Assembly (NCBI GenBank): GCA_963611905.1
Contig: CAVDTI010000063.1
Location: forward strand, 5,087 to 38,948
Length of the DNA: 33,862 nucleotides
Direction: 5' to 3'
Origin: Faecalibacterium prausnitzii
GTDB taxonomy: Bacteria; Bacillota_I; Bacilli_A; RFN20; CAG-826
In this document: in pieces, positions 17,007 to 26,122 of the stretch
Layout: each line of letters opens with the position of its first letter
Position numbering within the stretch: position 1 is the first letter of the stretch
Notes under the pieces: model-generated
Databases searched by the model: none
Told to the model about the DNA's origin: nothing
What the model saw: only the letters and a program-made list of their open reading frames with translations
Translations under genes and position numbers: made by a program

Positions 17007-18467
17007 TTACTTCTTTTTTATCTTTTCAAGTCTTTCTAAATCGGCAAGTTTGAGTTGGAAGGAAGAAACATCTTTTGTATTAAGTTTCTTCAATCTTTCT
17101 TTTTGCTTCTTTATCTCTTGAAGAGATTTATCCTTAGGATAGTTTGGGTTGTTGAGATTTGCATTGAGTACACGATCTGCGACGATTGCTTCGTTAAGTA
17201 AACTCTTATTGGAAGAATTTCTTACTACTGCAACACGCTCATCTTTAGTGTTTTTCTTCTTTGCTTCTCCAACAACAAGAATAATCCCCTCAGGTATTGC
17301 AGAGGAAGATCCACCTGATGTTGAGCCTTTAACCTTAACGACTTTAATCTTTTTCTTAGAAAGAGATTCGTCTTTAATTACAGGTTTTTCTTTCTCTTTT
17401 ACTGGTGCTGGCTTCTTCTCTTTTATTGGAGATGAAAGCTTTTTGTTGGTCTTATTTTCTTTAGAAGAATTCTTCAAGATTGAAACAGAGTATTCATTTC
17501 CTTTTTCGAATGAATATACAATTCCACCTTTAGAATAGGTGAAGTTTCCTTTTTTAGAAGAAAGAGCATCAACATTAACCAAGTCTTCCATAGTAAGATT
17601 CAATTCGCCGTGAACTTCAGGAACGTAAGGAACACTAGCGTCTCTGACGATTGAATGATAATTCAACGCGAGACGTTTTAGGGCTTCGCTAGCCTTCTTT
17701 CCCTTAGTTATGATGGTTTGTTGTTGAACTGGTGCGGGAGTTTCTTTCTTTTTCTCTTTTTGAGAGGATTTTGTTGAAAGAAGTTCCGCTTTCTTTTTGA
17801 GAAGATCTTCTTTTTGGAAATGAAGTTTTAGATCTGCTAAAGATTCTTTTCCAATCAAAGTTCTTTGTGCCTTGGTAAGAGGCGTTTCTTTTTTGTCTTT
17901 TTCTACTTTCTGAAAAGACGAAGCGTCATGTTTCTTGTTAAAAGGTTTTTCGCTATTTTCGCCAGGATTTTTTTCTAATTCCGATTGTTGATTCAAACGA
18001 TATACACTGAGATATCTCCCCTTCTGTGAATCAAGCTTGTTTAATTTCAATAAATCCGTTGTTAAGGTTTTGTCTTGGGTGATAACAAGGATTTTATTAT
18101 GAATCCGTAAGCTAGAAACTTTTGTGAATATGGCATTATCCGCAAAGGAATCGCCATCACATTTAGTAATTGTTAATGTTTTAGAACGCCACTTATCATG
18201 CTTGATGATTTTTAATGCCCTAGTCGCAGCAATTCTACTCGAAATACGCTCTTTGTCTTTTTCTTTTGAGTGTTTCTTAAGTTCTTCCAAACATTCGCCA
18301 AGAACAATTACTTGCAATTCATCTCTCCAATATTCTTTTGAGGACGTTAAGCGATCCATGAATAATGGGAATGAGTCTTCCATCAAGGAACATGTATCCA
18401 CGAAAACATAGTCATAATCGTTTAAGAATTTCGCTAAGTTCGAGGATTTCAATTCCTCTTGATACAT
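17007..18467 (-). CDS. PIN-like (PIN_4-type) nuclease domain protein with a long Lys-rich C-terminal extension
   Basis: The N-terminal roughly 160 aa carry the PIN acidic signature in order: VFVDTCS, VLGECLEEL, DSFADNAIF, VITQDKTL. The remaining roughly 320 aa are Lys/Glu/Ser-rich low complexity with two short globular-looking stretches. Confidence 0.6.
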   Translation of the reverse strand: MYQEELKSSNLAKFLNDYDYVFVDTCSLMEDSFPLFMDRLTSSKEYWRDELQVIVLGECLEELKKHSKEKDKERISSRIAATRALKIIKHDKWRSKTLTITKCDGDSFADNAIFTKVSSLRIHNKILVITQDKTLTTDLLKLNKLDSQKGRYLSVYRLNQQSELEKNPGENSEKPFNKKHDASSFQKVEKDKKETPLTKAQRTLIGKESLADLKLHFQKEDLLKKKAELLSTKSSQKEKKKETPAPVQQQTIITKGKKASEALKRLALNYHSIVRDASVPYVPEVHGELNLTMEDLVNVDALSSKKGNFTYSKGGIVYSFEKGNEYSVSILKNSSKENKTNKKLSSPIKEKKPAPVKEKEKPVIKDESLSKKKIKVVKVKGSTSGGSSSAIPEGIILVVGEAKKKNTKDERVAVVRNSSNKSLLNEAIVADRVLNANLNNPNYPKDKSLQEIKKQKERLKKLNTKDVSSFQLKLADLERLEKIKKK

Positions 18468-18845
18468 ATTTGTTGTTTGTATATTTCCTCCTTTAGTTTA
18501 TTTTAACTTAGAAATCAGGAATTGCAAAAACAATTGGCAAGATAATTCGTTTTGTCTCAAACGAAAGAATCCAAAAATTTGAATAGGAAAAATTATATTT
18601 GGTTCAATCTTATTTTGAACTCGGAAAATGTCTTTATTTGTCTTATGTTTGGTTACACTCGTTTCTTATGTCATCAAATGGAGACAAAATGAGAAAACAC
18701 CGATAAATACGGCGTTTAATTTATGTCACGTTATCAAACAAGTTAATCATGCATAACAACAATAAACATTTTTTCTTTCAATCACGTGTAATAAAACGAG
18801 TATCCATTTCTATTTTTGAAGATAAACGTTTAAAATATCTTAACA

Positions 18846-19472
18846 ATGAAAGACATTGCCAAAAACGTTTCACATAATTTATCAAGCCTGAGAAAAGCTA
18901 GAGGTCTTACACAAGGACAATTGGCGGAAAAGTTTTCTTATTCAGATAAATCGATCTCCAAATGGGAGACCGGTGAAGGTTTGCCAGATATAAGCGTTTT
19001 GGCTGAGCTTGCAGAATTTTATGGAGTCACGTTGGATTATCTAATTAGTGAGCATCCAGATGAAATATTAGAAAAAGATGGGAAAACCAACCCTGCAGAT
19101 GTTAGAAGGAATAAATTTATTGTCGTTTGTCTTGCGGTTGTCTTTGTTTGGACAATTGCTGCCGTAGTTTATTCTGCATTAAGAGTATCAAATTTAACGG
19201 CCTGGAATCCATGGCTGATTTTTATCTGGGCGATACCATTATCGATTCTCGTAGAAATGTATTTTGCGAAAAAATGGCACAAAAAAACTACTATGCTAAT
19301 AAGTGTTATTTGCTTGTTCTGGGCTTTTGCCTTAGCAATATATCTAGAATTAGGCATGGATACCAAAATAGGCTGGAGTTTGTGGTTTATTTGGCTAACA
19401 CCAATCCCTGCGACAATCGCGACGATATTCTTATATAGATACATCACCAACAAAGATGACTCTCTTTTCTAA
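18846..19472 (+). CDS. Membrane-anchored XRE-family HTH transcriptional regulator
   Basis: N-terminal HTH_3 (LRKARGLTQGQLAEKFSYSDKSISKWETGEGLPDISVLAELAEFYGVTLDYLI) followed by about 4 predicted TM helices. No SD; TAAAAT lies 9 nt upstream of the ATG. Confidence 0.8.
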   Translation: MKDIAKNVSHNLSSLRKARGLTQGQLAEKFSYSDKSISKWETGEGLPDISVLAELAEFYGVTLDYLISEHPDEILEKDGKTNPADVRRNKFIVVCLAVVFVWTIAAVVYSALRVSNLTAWNPWLIFIWAIPLSILVEMYFAKKWHKKTTMLISVICLFWAFALAIYLELGMDTKIGWSLWFIWLTPIPATIATIFLYRYITNKDDSLF

Positions 19473-19540
19473 AAGAGGGCACTTTTCTTGTAACTTTTCG
19501 GATATTTTTCTAAAATATAAGCATAAAAAGGAAAACAATT

Positions 19541-20215
19541 ATGGATGAAATTCGTGTTATCAAAGTGAAGCAAAGCGTGTTTGCAAATAACAATTCCCGT
19601 GCGGAAGAAGTAAGAAAGAAACTCAAAGAAAAAAACGTTTATTTGGTTAATCTCATGTCTTCTCCTGGTTCAGGAAAAACTACATTCTTGGTTAATTTGA
19701 TTAACCGTTTAAAAAATGATTTACGTATCGGTGTTATTGAAGCGGATATGGATGCGGTTGTCGATGCAGAGACGATTTCTAAAAACACCGGTGTTAAATC
19801 GATTCAAATACATACGTCTGGAGAGTGCCATCTTGACGCAAAAATGGTTGATGATGCACTCGCCGGCTTTGGTATTGATGACTTAGATTTAATTTTCTTA
19901 GAGAACATCGGAAACCTTGTTTGCCCAGCAGAATTTAATACTGGTGCGACTTCATCTTTTGAATTGCTTTCCATTCCTGAAGGTGACGATAAGCCTCTTA
20001 AATATCCACTGATGTTTACTGTCGCAGATGTTGTTGTTTTTACAAAATTAGATGCAATTTCGGTCTTTGATTTTGATATCAAAAAAGCAGAAGATCATAT
20101 CTTAAAATTGAATCCTAATTCCACATTCTTCCCTGTTTCAGCAAAGACTGGCGAAGGCATGGATAAGATTGCAGAATATCTCCTAAAACAAGTTAAAGAA
20201 TATCAAGCCAAATAA
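19541..20215 (+). CDS. hypB: Nickel-incorporation GTPase HypB
   Basis: P-loop SPGSGKTT, CH metal motif GECHLD, ENIGNLVCPAEF, FTKLD (NKxD-type). Lacks an N-terminal CxxCGC or His-rich segment. Confidence 0.9.
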   Translation: MDEIRVIKVKQSVFANNNSRAEEVRKKLKEKNVYLVNLMSSPGSGKTTFLVNLINRLKNDLRIGVIEADMDAVVDAETISKNTGVKSIQIHTSGECHLDAKMVDDALAGFGIDDLDLIFLENIGNLVCPAEFNTGATSSFELLSIPEGDDKPLKYPLMFTVADVVVFTKLDAISVFDFDIKKAEDHILKLNPNSTFFPVSAKTGEGMDKIAEYLLKQVKEYQAK

Positions 20216-20216
20216 C

Positions 20217-20561
20217 ATGCACGAGATGAGTTATGTCTTGATGAGCATTGAGCAATTAAATGACATCATCAAAGAAAACAACGTTAAAGAGCTTCTGTCG
20301 GTAACGCTTAACGTTGGAGAGTCCTCTGGAGTTGAAGAAAGTTATTTCCGAGTTTGTTGGGAAGCTGCAATCAAAGATACTCCCCTAAAAAACACAAAAT
20401 TAAAAATAAACATGTTGCCATCAAAAGCAAGATGTTTGTCTTGTGGAACAATCTTTGATTTAAAAGAAAATAACTACACTTGTCCGAATTGTAAAAATAG
20501 CAATTCATATACACCAATAAGCGGTAAAGATATAGAAATAGTTGAAATAGAGGCGTTATAG
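20217..20561 (+). CDS. hypA: Nickel insertion metallochaperone HypA
   Basis: N-terminal MHE nickel motif (MHEMS), two CxxC pairs (CLSCG, CPNCK), about 113 aa. Starts 1 nt after the hypB stop. Confidence 0.9.
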   Translation: MHEMSYVLMSIEQLNDIIKENNVKELLSVTLNVGESSGVEESYFRVCWEAAIKDTPLKNTKLKINMLPSKARCLSCGTIFDLKENNYTCPNCKNSNSYTPISGKDIEIVEIEAL

Positions 20562-20572
20562 CCTCTTTTTTC
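20549..20572 (+). terminator. Rho-independent terminator overlapping the hypA stop codon
   Basis: AGAGGC-GTTATA-GCCTCT followed by TTTTTTC. Confidence 0.7.
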
Positions 20573-20661
20573 ATACTGATTGATTTGCTCCAGTAACTTG
20601 CCAATATTTCCAGCTAGAGTGGCAAAAATAACATTATCTTCTTTTTGTGCATGTAATCTTT

Positions 20662-20697
20662 ATGGCGGAATTTCACTTTTTTCTTAATTTCCGCCAT
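20662..20697. repeat. Isolated inverted repeat (9-bp perfect arms ATGGCGGAA / TTCCGCCAT)
   Basis: A GC-containing hairpin in an otherwise AT-rich spacer. Neither strand has a following U-tract, so it is not an obvious terminator. Confidence 0.5.
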
Positions 20698-20863
20698 TGA
20701 TGTTATTAAACACAGCCTTTTATCGAATATTTTTAAAGTTTTTCATTTTAAAACAAATTTGTTTTATAGAAAAAGTCACTAAAATAAAGAGCCTCATTTT
20801 TGTTTTGATAGCCTATTGAAACTGCAAAAAATTATCAAACACTTGCTTGAGAAGATGAATTAG

Positions 20864-21145
20864 GTAAATGCAACACCTTTAGAGACGATAAAAAGTTTTT
20901 GAGGCCTTGAAATTTATATATTTGAAATCCTTCAAAGAAATGAAACATGAGATTCAAAAAGGCATCGACTTAGCAAAGTCAAAAAAACAAATATAAAGGA
21001 AGAAAACCATTAACTGTTGATAAGTTGTTTTTTCTTGAACAGAACGAAGCCGTTTCTAAAAGGAAACATAACTTTTAATCAAGCATCGAAAAATCTAGGC
21101 ATTAGTAAAGCAACATACTATAGATTGAAAAAGGAGTTCATTTAA
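20864..21145 (+). pseudogene. Decayed C-terminal remnant of a serine recombinase (resolvase/invertase) with an HTH
   Basis: Three frames joined by stops and frameshifts read NATPLETIKSF*GLEIYIFEILQRNE / MKHEIQKGIDLAKSKKQI* / YKGRKPLTVDKLFFLEQNEAVSKRK / FNQASKNLGISKATYYRLKKEFI*. This follows the resolvase pattern ..AEFEre.I.eR...Gi..Ak..G...GRkp....HTH (GISxxTxYR). No catalytic N-terminal domain was seen. Confidence 0.55.
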
Positions 21146-21211
21146 AAAATACAATAATCGAATTTTCATATGTAAAACCCCTGTAAGTATGAACTCACAG
21201 GGGGCATTCCA

Positions 21212-23332
21212 TTATTCTTTGCTAATCGTAACTTGATTATCTTTTACGTCAACAAGGAATTTGTTCTTTGTATCAATTTCTCCTTTGATGATCGATGTAG
21301 CCAAGAATGTCTCAACTTTATCTTGGATGAAACGTTTAATTGGTCTTGCGCCAAAGTTAGGCGTATAAGACGATTCAAGAATCCAATCTTCCAATCCTTT
21401 AGTAAAGTCTATTGAATAGTATTGATACTCAAGTCTCTTCTTAAGCTCGTTAAGCATCTTTTCAACTATCTTAAGTTGAACATCTTTGCTAAGTGGGTTG
21501 AAATAGACTATTTCATCAATTCTATTAAGGAACTCTGGTTTAAAGGTGTGATGGAGAAGGTCTTCTACTTTGCTTTTCTCATTATGTAAGATGTACTCGC
21601 TTCCAAGGTTACTAGTCATAATAATGATTGTGTTTTTGAAATCAACAAGATGGCCTTGAGAATCGGTTAAACGCCCATCATCGAGTATTTGTAGTAAGAG
21701 GTTAAAGACTTCTGGATCAGCCTTTTCAATTTCATCGAATAAGACTATTGAATAAGGATTGCGACGAACTTTTTCGGTAAGCTGACCCCCTTCTTCGTAA
21801 CCAACATATCCTGGAGCCGCACCAATTAAACGAGAAACAGAATATTTCTCCATATATTCAGACATATCAATACGGATAATATTGTTTTCATTATCAAATA
21901 AGGCTTCGGCAAGTGCTCTAGCCACTTCTGTTTTACCAACGCCAGTAGGTCCTAAAAAGAGGAATGAGCCAATTGGTCTATTTGGGTTTTGAATACCCGC
22001 TCTTTGACGAATAATTGCGTTAGAAACCAATGTGATCGCATTCTCTTGACCAATGACGCGTTTTTCCAAAGTATTCTTCAAATCAAGAACCTTCTCTTTG
22101 TCTCCTTTTTGAATTCTAGAAACAGGAATGCCAGTCATCTTGGCAACAATCTTTGCGATTGATTCTTGATCAACTATTTCATCAACCAAGCGTTCTCCAT
22201 TTGCGCTAGAATCGCTTAATTCTTTGATACGTTTTTCAAGTTCAGGAATTGTTTGATATTGAAGTTTAGAAGCTTTTTCAAAATTACCTTCTTGGAAATA
22301 ATTTCCTAATTCAACCTTGAGTTCTTCAACTTTGACTTTCAGATCTTTTGCTTCTTTGATTTGAGCTTTCTCTTTCTGCCATTCAGCAGTTAATTTATCT
22401 GATTTATCTTTATAAGATTTAAGTTCAACTTCAAGCTCCTGGAGTCTCTTTTGCGAAGACTCGTCATTTTCTTTATTTAAGGCAACCTTTTCCACTTCCA
22501 AAGAGCGAATCTTACGATTTGTTTCATCAAGTTCAGTAGGCATAGATTCGATTTCAACCTTAATACTAGCACATGCCTCATCGATCAAATCAATTGCTTT
22601 ATCAGGTAAGAAACGATTGGTGATATAACGATTTGAAAGAGTTGCTGCCGCAATAAGAGCGTTATCAGTAATTCTAACTCCGTGATAAGATTCAAATCTT
22701 TGTTTCAAGCCACGAAGAATTGTGATTGTATCTTCTACTGTCGGTTCTTCTACCATAACTGTTTGGAAACGTCTTTCAAGTGCTCTATCCTTTTCAATAT
22801 ATTGTCGATATTCGTTAAGGGTTGTCGCACCAATGCAATCAATTTCTCCACGTGCAAGCATAGGTTTTAACATATTTGAAGCGTCCATTGCCCCATCAGT
22901 TCTTCCTGCACCAACAATAAGATGTATTTCATCGATGAAAAGAATAATCTTTCCTTCAGATGCTTTGATTTTGTTAAGAACCGCTTTTAAACGTTCCTCA
23001 AATTCTCCACGATATTTAGCACCAGCAATTAAGGCGCCCATATCAAGTTCATAAATTTCTTTATCTTTAAGAGTAAGAGGCACGTCATTTTTAACGATTC
23101 TCTCTGCCAATCCTTCAACTATAGCTGTCTTGCCTACACCAGGCTCACCAAGCAAAATTACGTTATTTTTTGTCTTTCTTGCGAGGATTTGCACTACTTT
23201 TCTAATTTCTTCATCACGTCCAATAACAGGATCTACCTTACCGGCTTTGACGTCCGCATTAACATTACGTCCAAACTTATCAAGAACGTTTTCATCTTGA
23301 GAATAATCTTCCATTCCATTCATGTCGTTCAT
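21212..23332 (-). CDS. clpB: ClpB-type AAA+ disaggregase lacking the N-terminal Clp_N domain
   Basis: Two AAA+ modules (Walker A GEPGVGKT and GPTGVGKT), a coiled-coil middle domain between them, and a ClpB-like C-terminus. At 706 aa it starts just before NBD1. RBS AGGAGG lies 8 nt upstream. Confidence 0.9.
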   Translation of the reverse strand: MNDMNGMEDYSQDENVLDKFGRNVNADVKAGKVDPVIGRDEEIRKVVQILARKTKNNVILLGEPGVGKTAIVEGLAERIVKNDVPLTLKDKEIYELDMGALIAGAKYRGEFEERLKAVLNKIKASEGKIILFIDEIHLIVGAGRTDGAMDASNMLKPMLARGEIDCIGATTLNEYRQYIEKDRALERRFQTVMVEEPTVEDTITILRGLKQRFESYHGVRITDNALIAAATLSNRYITNRFLPDKAIDLIDEACASIKVEIESMPTELDETNRKIRSLEVEKVALNKENDESSQKRLQELEVELKSYKDKSDKLTAEWQKEKAQIKEAKDLKVKVEELKVELGNYFQEGNFEKASKLQYQTIPELEKRIKELSDSSANGERLVDEIVDQESIAKIVAKMTGIPVSRIQKGDKEKVLDLKNTLEKRVIGQENAITLVSNAIIRQRAGIQNPNRPIGSFLFLGPTGVGKTEVARALAEALFDNENNIIRIDMSEYMEKYSVSRLIGAAPGYVGYEEGGQLTEKVRRNPYSIVLFDEIEKADPEVFNLLLQILDDGRLTDSQGHLVDFKNTIIIMTSNLGSEYILHNEKSKVEDLLHHTFKPEFLNRIDEIVYFNPLSKDVQLKIVEKMLNELKKRLEYQYYSIDFTKGLEDWILESSYTPNFGARPIKRFIQDKVETFLATSIIKGEIDTKNKFLVDVKDNQVTISKE

Positions 23333-23377
23333 AATTTAATCCTCCTAAATTTTGTTCTCCCATTTGAGAACGAGCAT

Positions 23378-23405
23378 ATTATACCCCTTCTTTTAGCACT
23401 CGCAA
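23378..23405 (-). promoter_or_regulatory. clpB sigma-A promoter (TTGCGA-N16-TATAAT), with the -35 box inside CIRCE
   Basis: Minus strand reads TTGCGAGTGCTAAAAGAAGGGGTATAAT. The -10 box is at 23378-23383 and the -35 box at 23400-23405. Confidence 0.6.
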
Positions 23406-23419
23406 GTGTTGAGTGCTAA
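23393..23419. promoter_or_regulatory. CIRCE operator (HrcA binding site)
   Basis: TTAGCACTC-N9-GAGTGCTAA is a perfect match to the CIRCE consensus, located upstream of clpB. Confidence 0.9.
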
Positions 23420-23547
23420 TTTATTTAAGATTATTGAAATTTGTTAAGCATTAATCGAATTTTGTAATTTGTTTGGCTTGTTTTTAAGGCCTTCAAGCGA
23501 TTTAATATTAAAGACCTCACATAGAGAAGAGAGCGAGTTTATTCGAG

Positions 23548-24171
23548 ATGGAAAAGAAATTAATTATTGTCAGCGCACCACCAGCAAGTGGAAAGACTTA
23601 TGTTTCAATGAAATTGGCTGAAACATTATCACACGTCACATATTTAGATAAAGATAGCCTTGTTCCTTTAAGCAATGTCGCATATAAAATTGCAGGCCTT
23701 CCAGTGGAAAGAGAGGGAGAATTCTTTCAAAAGAATATCCGTGACGTAGAATACGACGTCATCCTTGAAATGGCTTTTACCGCTTTAAATTACGAAGATA
23801 TCGTTTTAATTAATGCCCCATTTACAAGAGAGCTTCATAACCCAGAATATATTGCTAATTTAAGAAAGAAACTTAAGGAGCAATATGACGCCCATCTTGT
23901 TATAGTTTGGGTTGTTTGTGATATCGAAACGGTTAAAGCTAGAATGATTTCTAGAAACTCCGATAGAGATGTATTCAAGATCAAAAACTTTGACGCTTGG
24001 GTCAAAACACAAGACTTCAACATTCCAACATATCTTAAAGTTGAAGGAGATCCGTATTCATTGGTGATCTTTGATAACTCAAATGATGAAGTATTTGAGA
24101 AATCGATGAAAGATACGATTAATTTACTTGAAGAGAAAAAGGAAGAGAAACCAAGCGAAGTTACTGAATAG
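23548..24171 (+). CDS. P-loop NTPase / small-molecule kinase-like protein (AAA_33 / zeta-toxin-like fold)
   Basis: Walker A SAPPASGKT at the N-terminus followed by YLDKD. About 200 aa with an acidic tail. Substrate unknown. Confidence 0.55.
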   Translation: MEKKLIIVSAPPASGKTYVSMKLAETLSHVTYLDKDSLVPLSNVAYKIAGLPVEREGEFFQKNIRDVEYDVILEMAFTALNYEDIVLINAPFTRELHNPEYIANLRKKLKEQYDAHLVIVWVVCDIETVKARMISRNSDRDVFKIKNFDAWVKTQDFNIPTYLKVEGDPYSLVIFDNSNDEVFEKSMKDTINLLEEKKEEKPSEVTE

Positions 24172-24192
24172 CTTCATTCGATGTAGCAAAAT

Positions 24193-24226
24193 AGCGGGAC
24201 CAAACGGTCCCGCTTTTCTTTTTTTG
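24193..24226. terminator. Bidirectional terminator between the kinase-like gene and glcK
   Basis: AGCGGGACC-AAAC-GGTCCCGCT followed by TTTTCTTTTTTT. Confidence 0.8.
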
Positions 24227-24260
24227 TATTCCTTGTCTTTATAATTTTGTATTCGTGCAA

Positions 24261-25211
24261 TCAATCAATGAATAACGCTGCTGCGCCTAAAATTCCAGCA
24301 TCATTTCCTAAAGTGGAAACAAACACTTTAACTGGAGCCGTGCATGAAAATCCGTAATTAAGCTTCTTCAATTTTTCAGAGATGGCATTCGTTAAATACT
24401 CTCTTTGGTTAGAAAGTCCTCCGCCAAGAATAATGGCATCAGGTCTAAAGATATTGCAGTAATTAAGACAGCCAACCGTTAAATAGTCTTCATATTGGTC
24501 AACAACTGCTAAAGCGGTTTTATCGCCTTGTTTTGAACATTCGAAAGCTGTTTTTCCATCAACGCGGTTAATATCATATGCGACATAATCCCACATCAAT
24601 GAATTCTTATCTTTCTCCATGGCAGCTTTGGTTTGGCGAATAAGAGCAGTAACTGAGGCATATGCTTCGAGGCAGCCTTTTAAACCACACGAGCATTGCT
24701 CACCATCAATTTTGATAATCATATGGCCCATTTCTGCGCCCTTCCCTTCGTTTCCAACGAAAAGATGGTCATTAATGTAGAGTCCTCCACCAACACCAGT
24801 ACCAAGAGTTAATAAAACTAAATTATGATAATTCTTTCCAACGCCAAATTTAGCTTCGCCAGCCATAGCTGAGTTTGCATCATTAGCAATTCTTGCCTTC
24901 ATTCCAGTTTTCTCTTCAATCATTTTTACGATTGGAAGATGATGCCAGTTTAAATTGTTAGAGAAATCACAGCAACCAGTATCGGAATTTATGGATCCAG
25001 GAGCGCCTATTCCAATGCCGGCAAAATCTGATTTTTTGTAATCACATTTAACAATTTGTTCATTAATCAAGTCACCAAGACGATTGATTAATTCTTCTTG
25101 AGTTGCATTCTTATCGATTGGAAAACCAAAACGATTAAGAATTTCTCCTTCTTCTGAAACGAAACCTCCTTTAATTGAGGTTCCGCCAACATCGATTCCT
25201 ACATATTTCAT
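24261..25211 (-). CDS. glcK: ROK-family glucokinase
   Basis: N-terminal IDVGGT ATP motif and ROK zinc motif CSCGLKGCLE. 316 aa. The ATG overlaps the manA stop (TAATG). Confidence 0.75.
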   Translation of the reverse strand: MKYVGIDVGGTSIKGGFVSEEGEILNRFGFPIDKNATQEELINRLGDLINEQIVKCDYKKSDFAGIGIGAPGSINSDTGCCDFSNNLNWHHLPIVKMIEEKTGMKARIANDANSAMAGEAKFGVGKNYHNLVLLTLGTGVGGGLYINDHLFVGNEGKGAEMGHMIIKIDGEQCSCGLKGCLEAYASVTALIRQTKAAMEKDKNSLMWDYVAYDINRVDGKTAFECSKQGDKTALAVVDQYEDYLTVGCLNYCNIFRPDAIILGGGLSNQREYLTNAISEKLKKLNYGFSCTAPVKVFVSTLGNDAGILGAAALFID

Positions 25212-26119
25212 TATTTTCTTACCTCCGTTAGGACATATTTACCATTACCAGAAATGTGTGCGTGCTTCTTAGCTGGTATAAAGAATGTATCACCAATTTT
25301 ATATGGAATGCCATCGACATCCCCTTCACCAGATATAAACGTAATTGACGCAAAAGAATCTTCCCTTGCTTCGACTATATTGCCTCCTTTCACATCTCTA
25401 ACAAGTGATGTGAAATATTTGCATTGGCCAATCAAAGGTTCTGGGAATTCAACTTTCTTATATTCATCGAAATTAAGAACCTTCATTGCTTTATCAATAT
25501 GAAGCTCTCTTTCTTTCCCGTTTTTGTCTTTACGTTTATAGTCATATAAACGATATGTTAGAGTGCTATTTTGTTGAATTTCAATAACCGTTACACCAGC
25601 ACCAATCGCATGGACTGTACCAGAAGGAATGAAATATTTATCACCAGGTTTTACTTCAATAAAATTCAATAAATCCATTACAGAACCCTCTTGGATTCCT
25701 TTAAGTACTTCTTCTTTATTGGTTTTCTTTTTAAATCCAACATAAAGCCCTGCACCTTTTTCTGCATGGAGAACATACCACATTTCGGTCTTGCCGAATT
25801 GGTTTTCATGTTCTAAGGCATAATCATCAGATGGATGAACTTGAACGGATAAATTCGCCGCTGAGTTAATTAATTTAATGAGAACAGGAAAGAAAGGAAA
25901 TGAAGCAGGAGTTGATCCAATATCTTCCTTTGTTGCAACCTCCATTAGGAGTTTGCCTTCGTCTTTCCCTGAAGCAATAATGCTAGGACCCATCTCATTA
26001 AAAGATAATTCCCAAGATTCAGCGATATTTTCTCCTTGAGATTCTTTTCCCCAGGTTTTTAAATACGTGCCACCCCAAATATAATCCTTAGTCGCACCTT
26101 TAAGCTTTGTAACATCCAT
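25211..26119 (-). CDS. manA: Class I mannose-6-phosphate isomerase (Bacillus type)
   Basis: Cupin metal motifs QVHPSD, KTEMWYV and SGTVHAIG. Length of about 300 aa. Confidence 0.8.
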   Translation of the reverse strand: MDVTKLKGATKDYIWGGTYLKTWGKESQGENIAESWELSFNEMGPSIIASGKDEGKLLMEVATKEDIGSTPASFPFFPVLIKLINSAANLSVQVHPSDDYALEHENQFGKTEMWYVLHAEKGAGLYVGFKKKTNKEEVLKGIQEGSVMDLLNFIEVKPGDKYFIPSGTVHAIGAGVTVIEIQQNSTLTYRLYDYKRKDKNGKERELHIDKAMKVLNFDEYKKVEFPEPLIGQCKYFTSLVRDVKGGNIVEAREDSFASITFISGEGDVDGIPYKIGDTFFIPAKKHAHISGNGKYVLTEVRK

Positions 26120-26122
26120 AAT

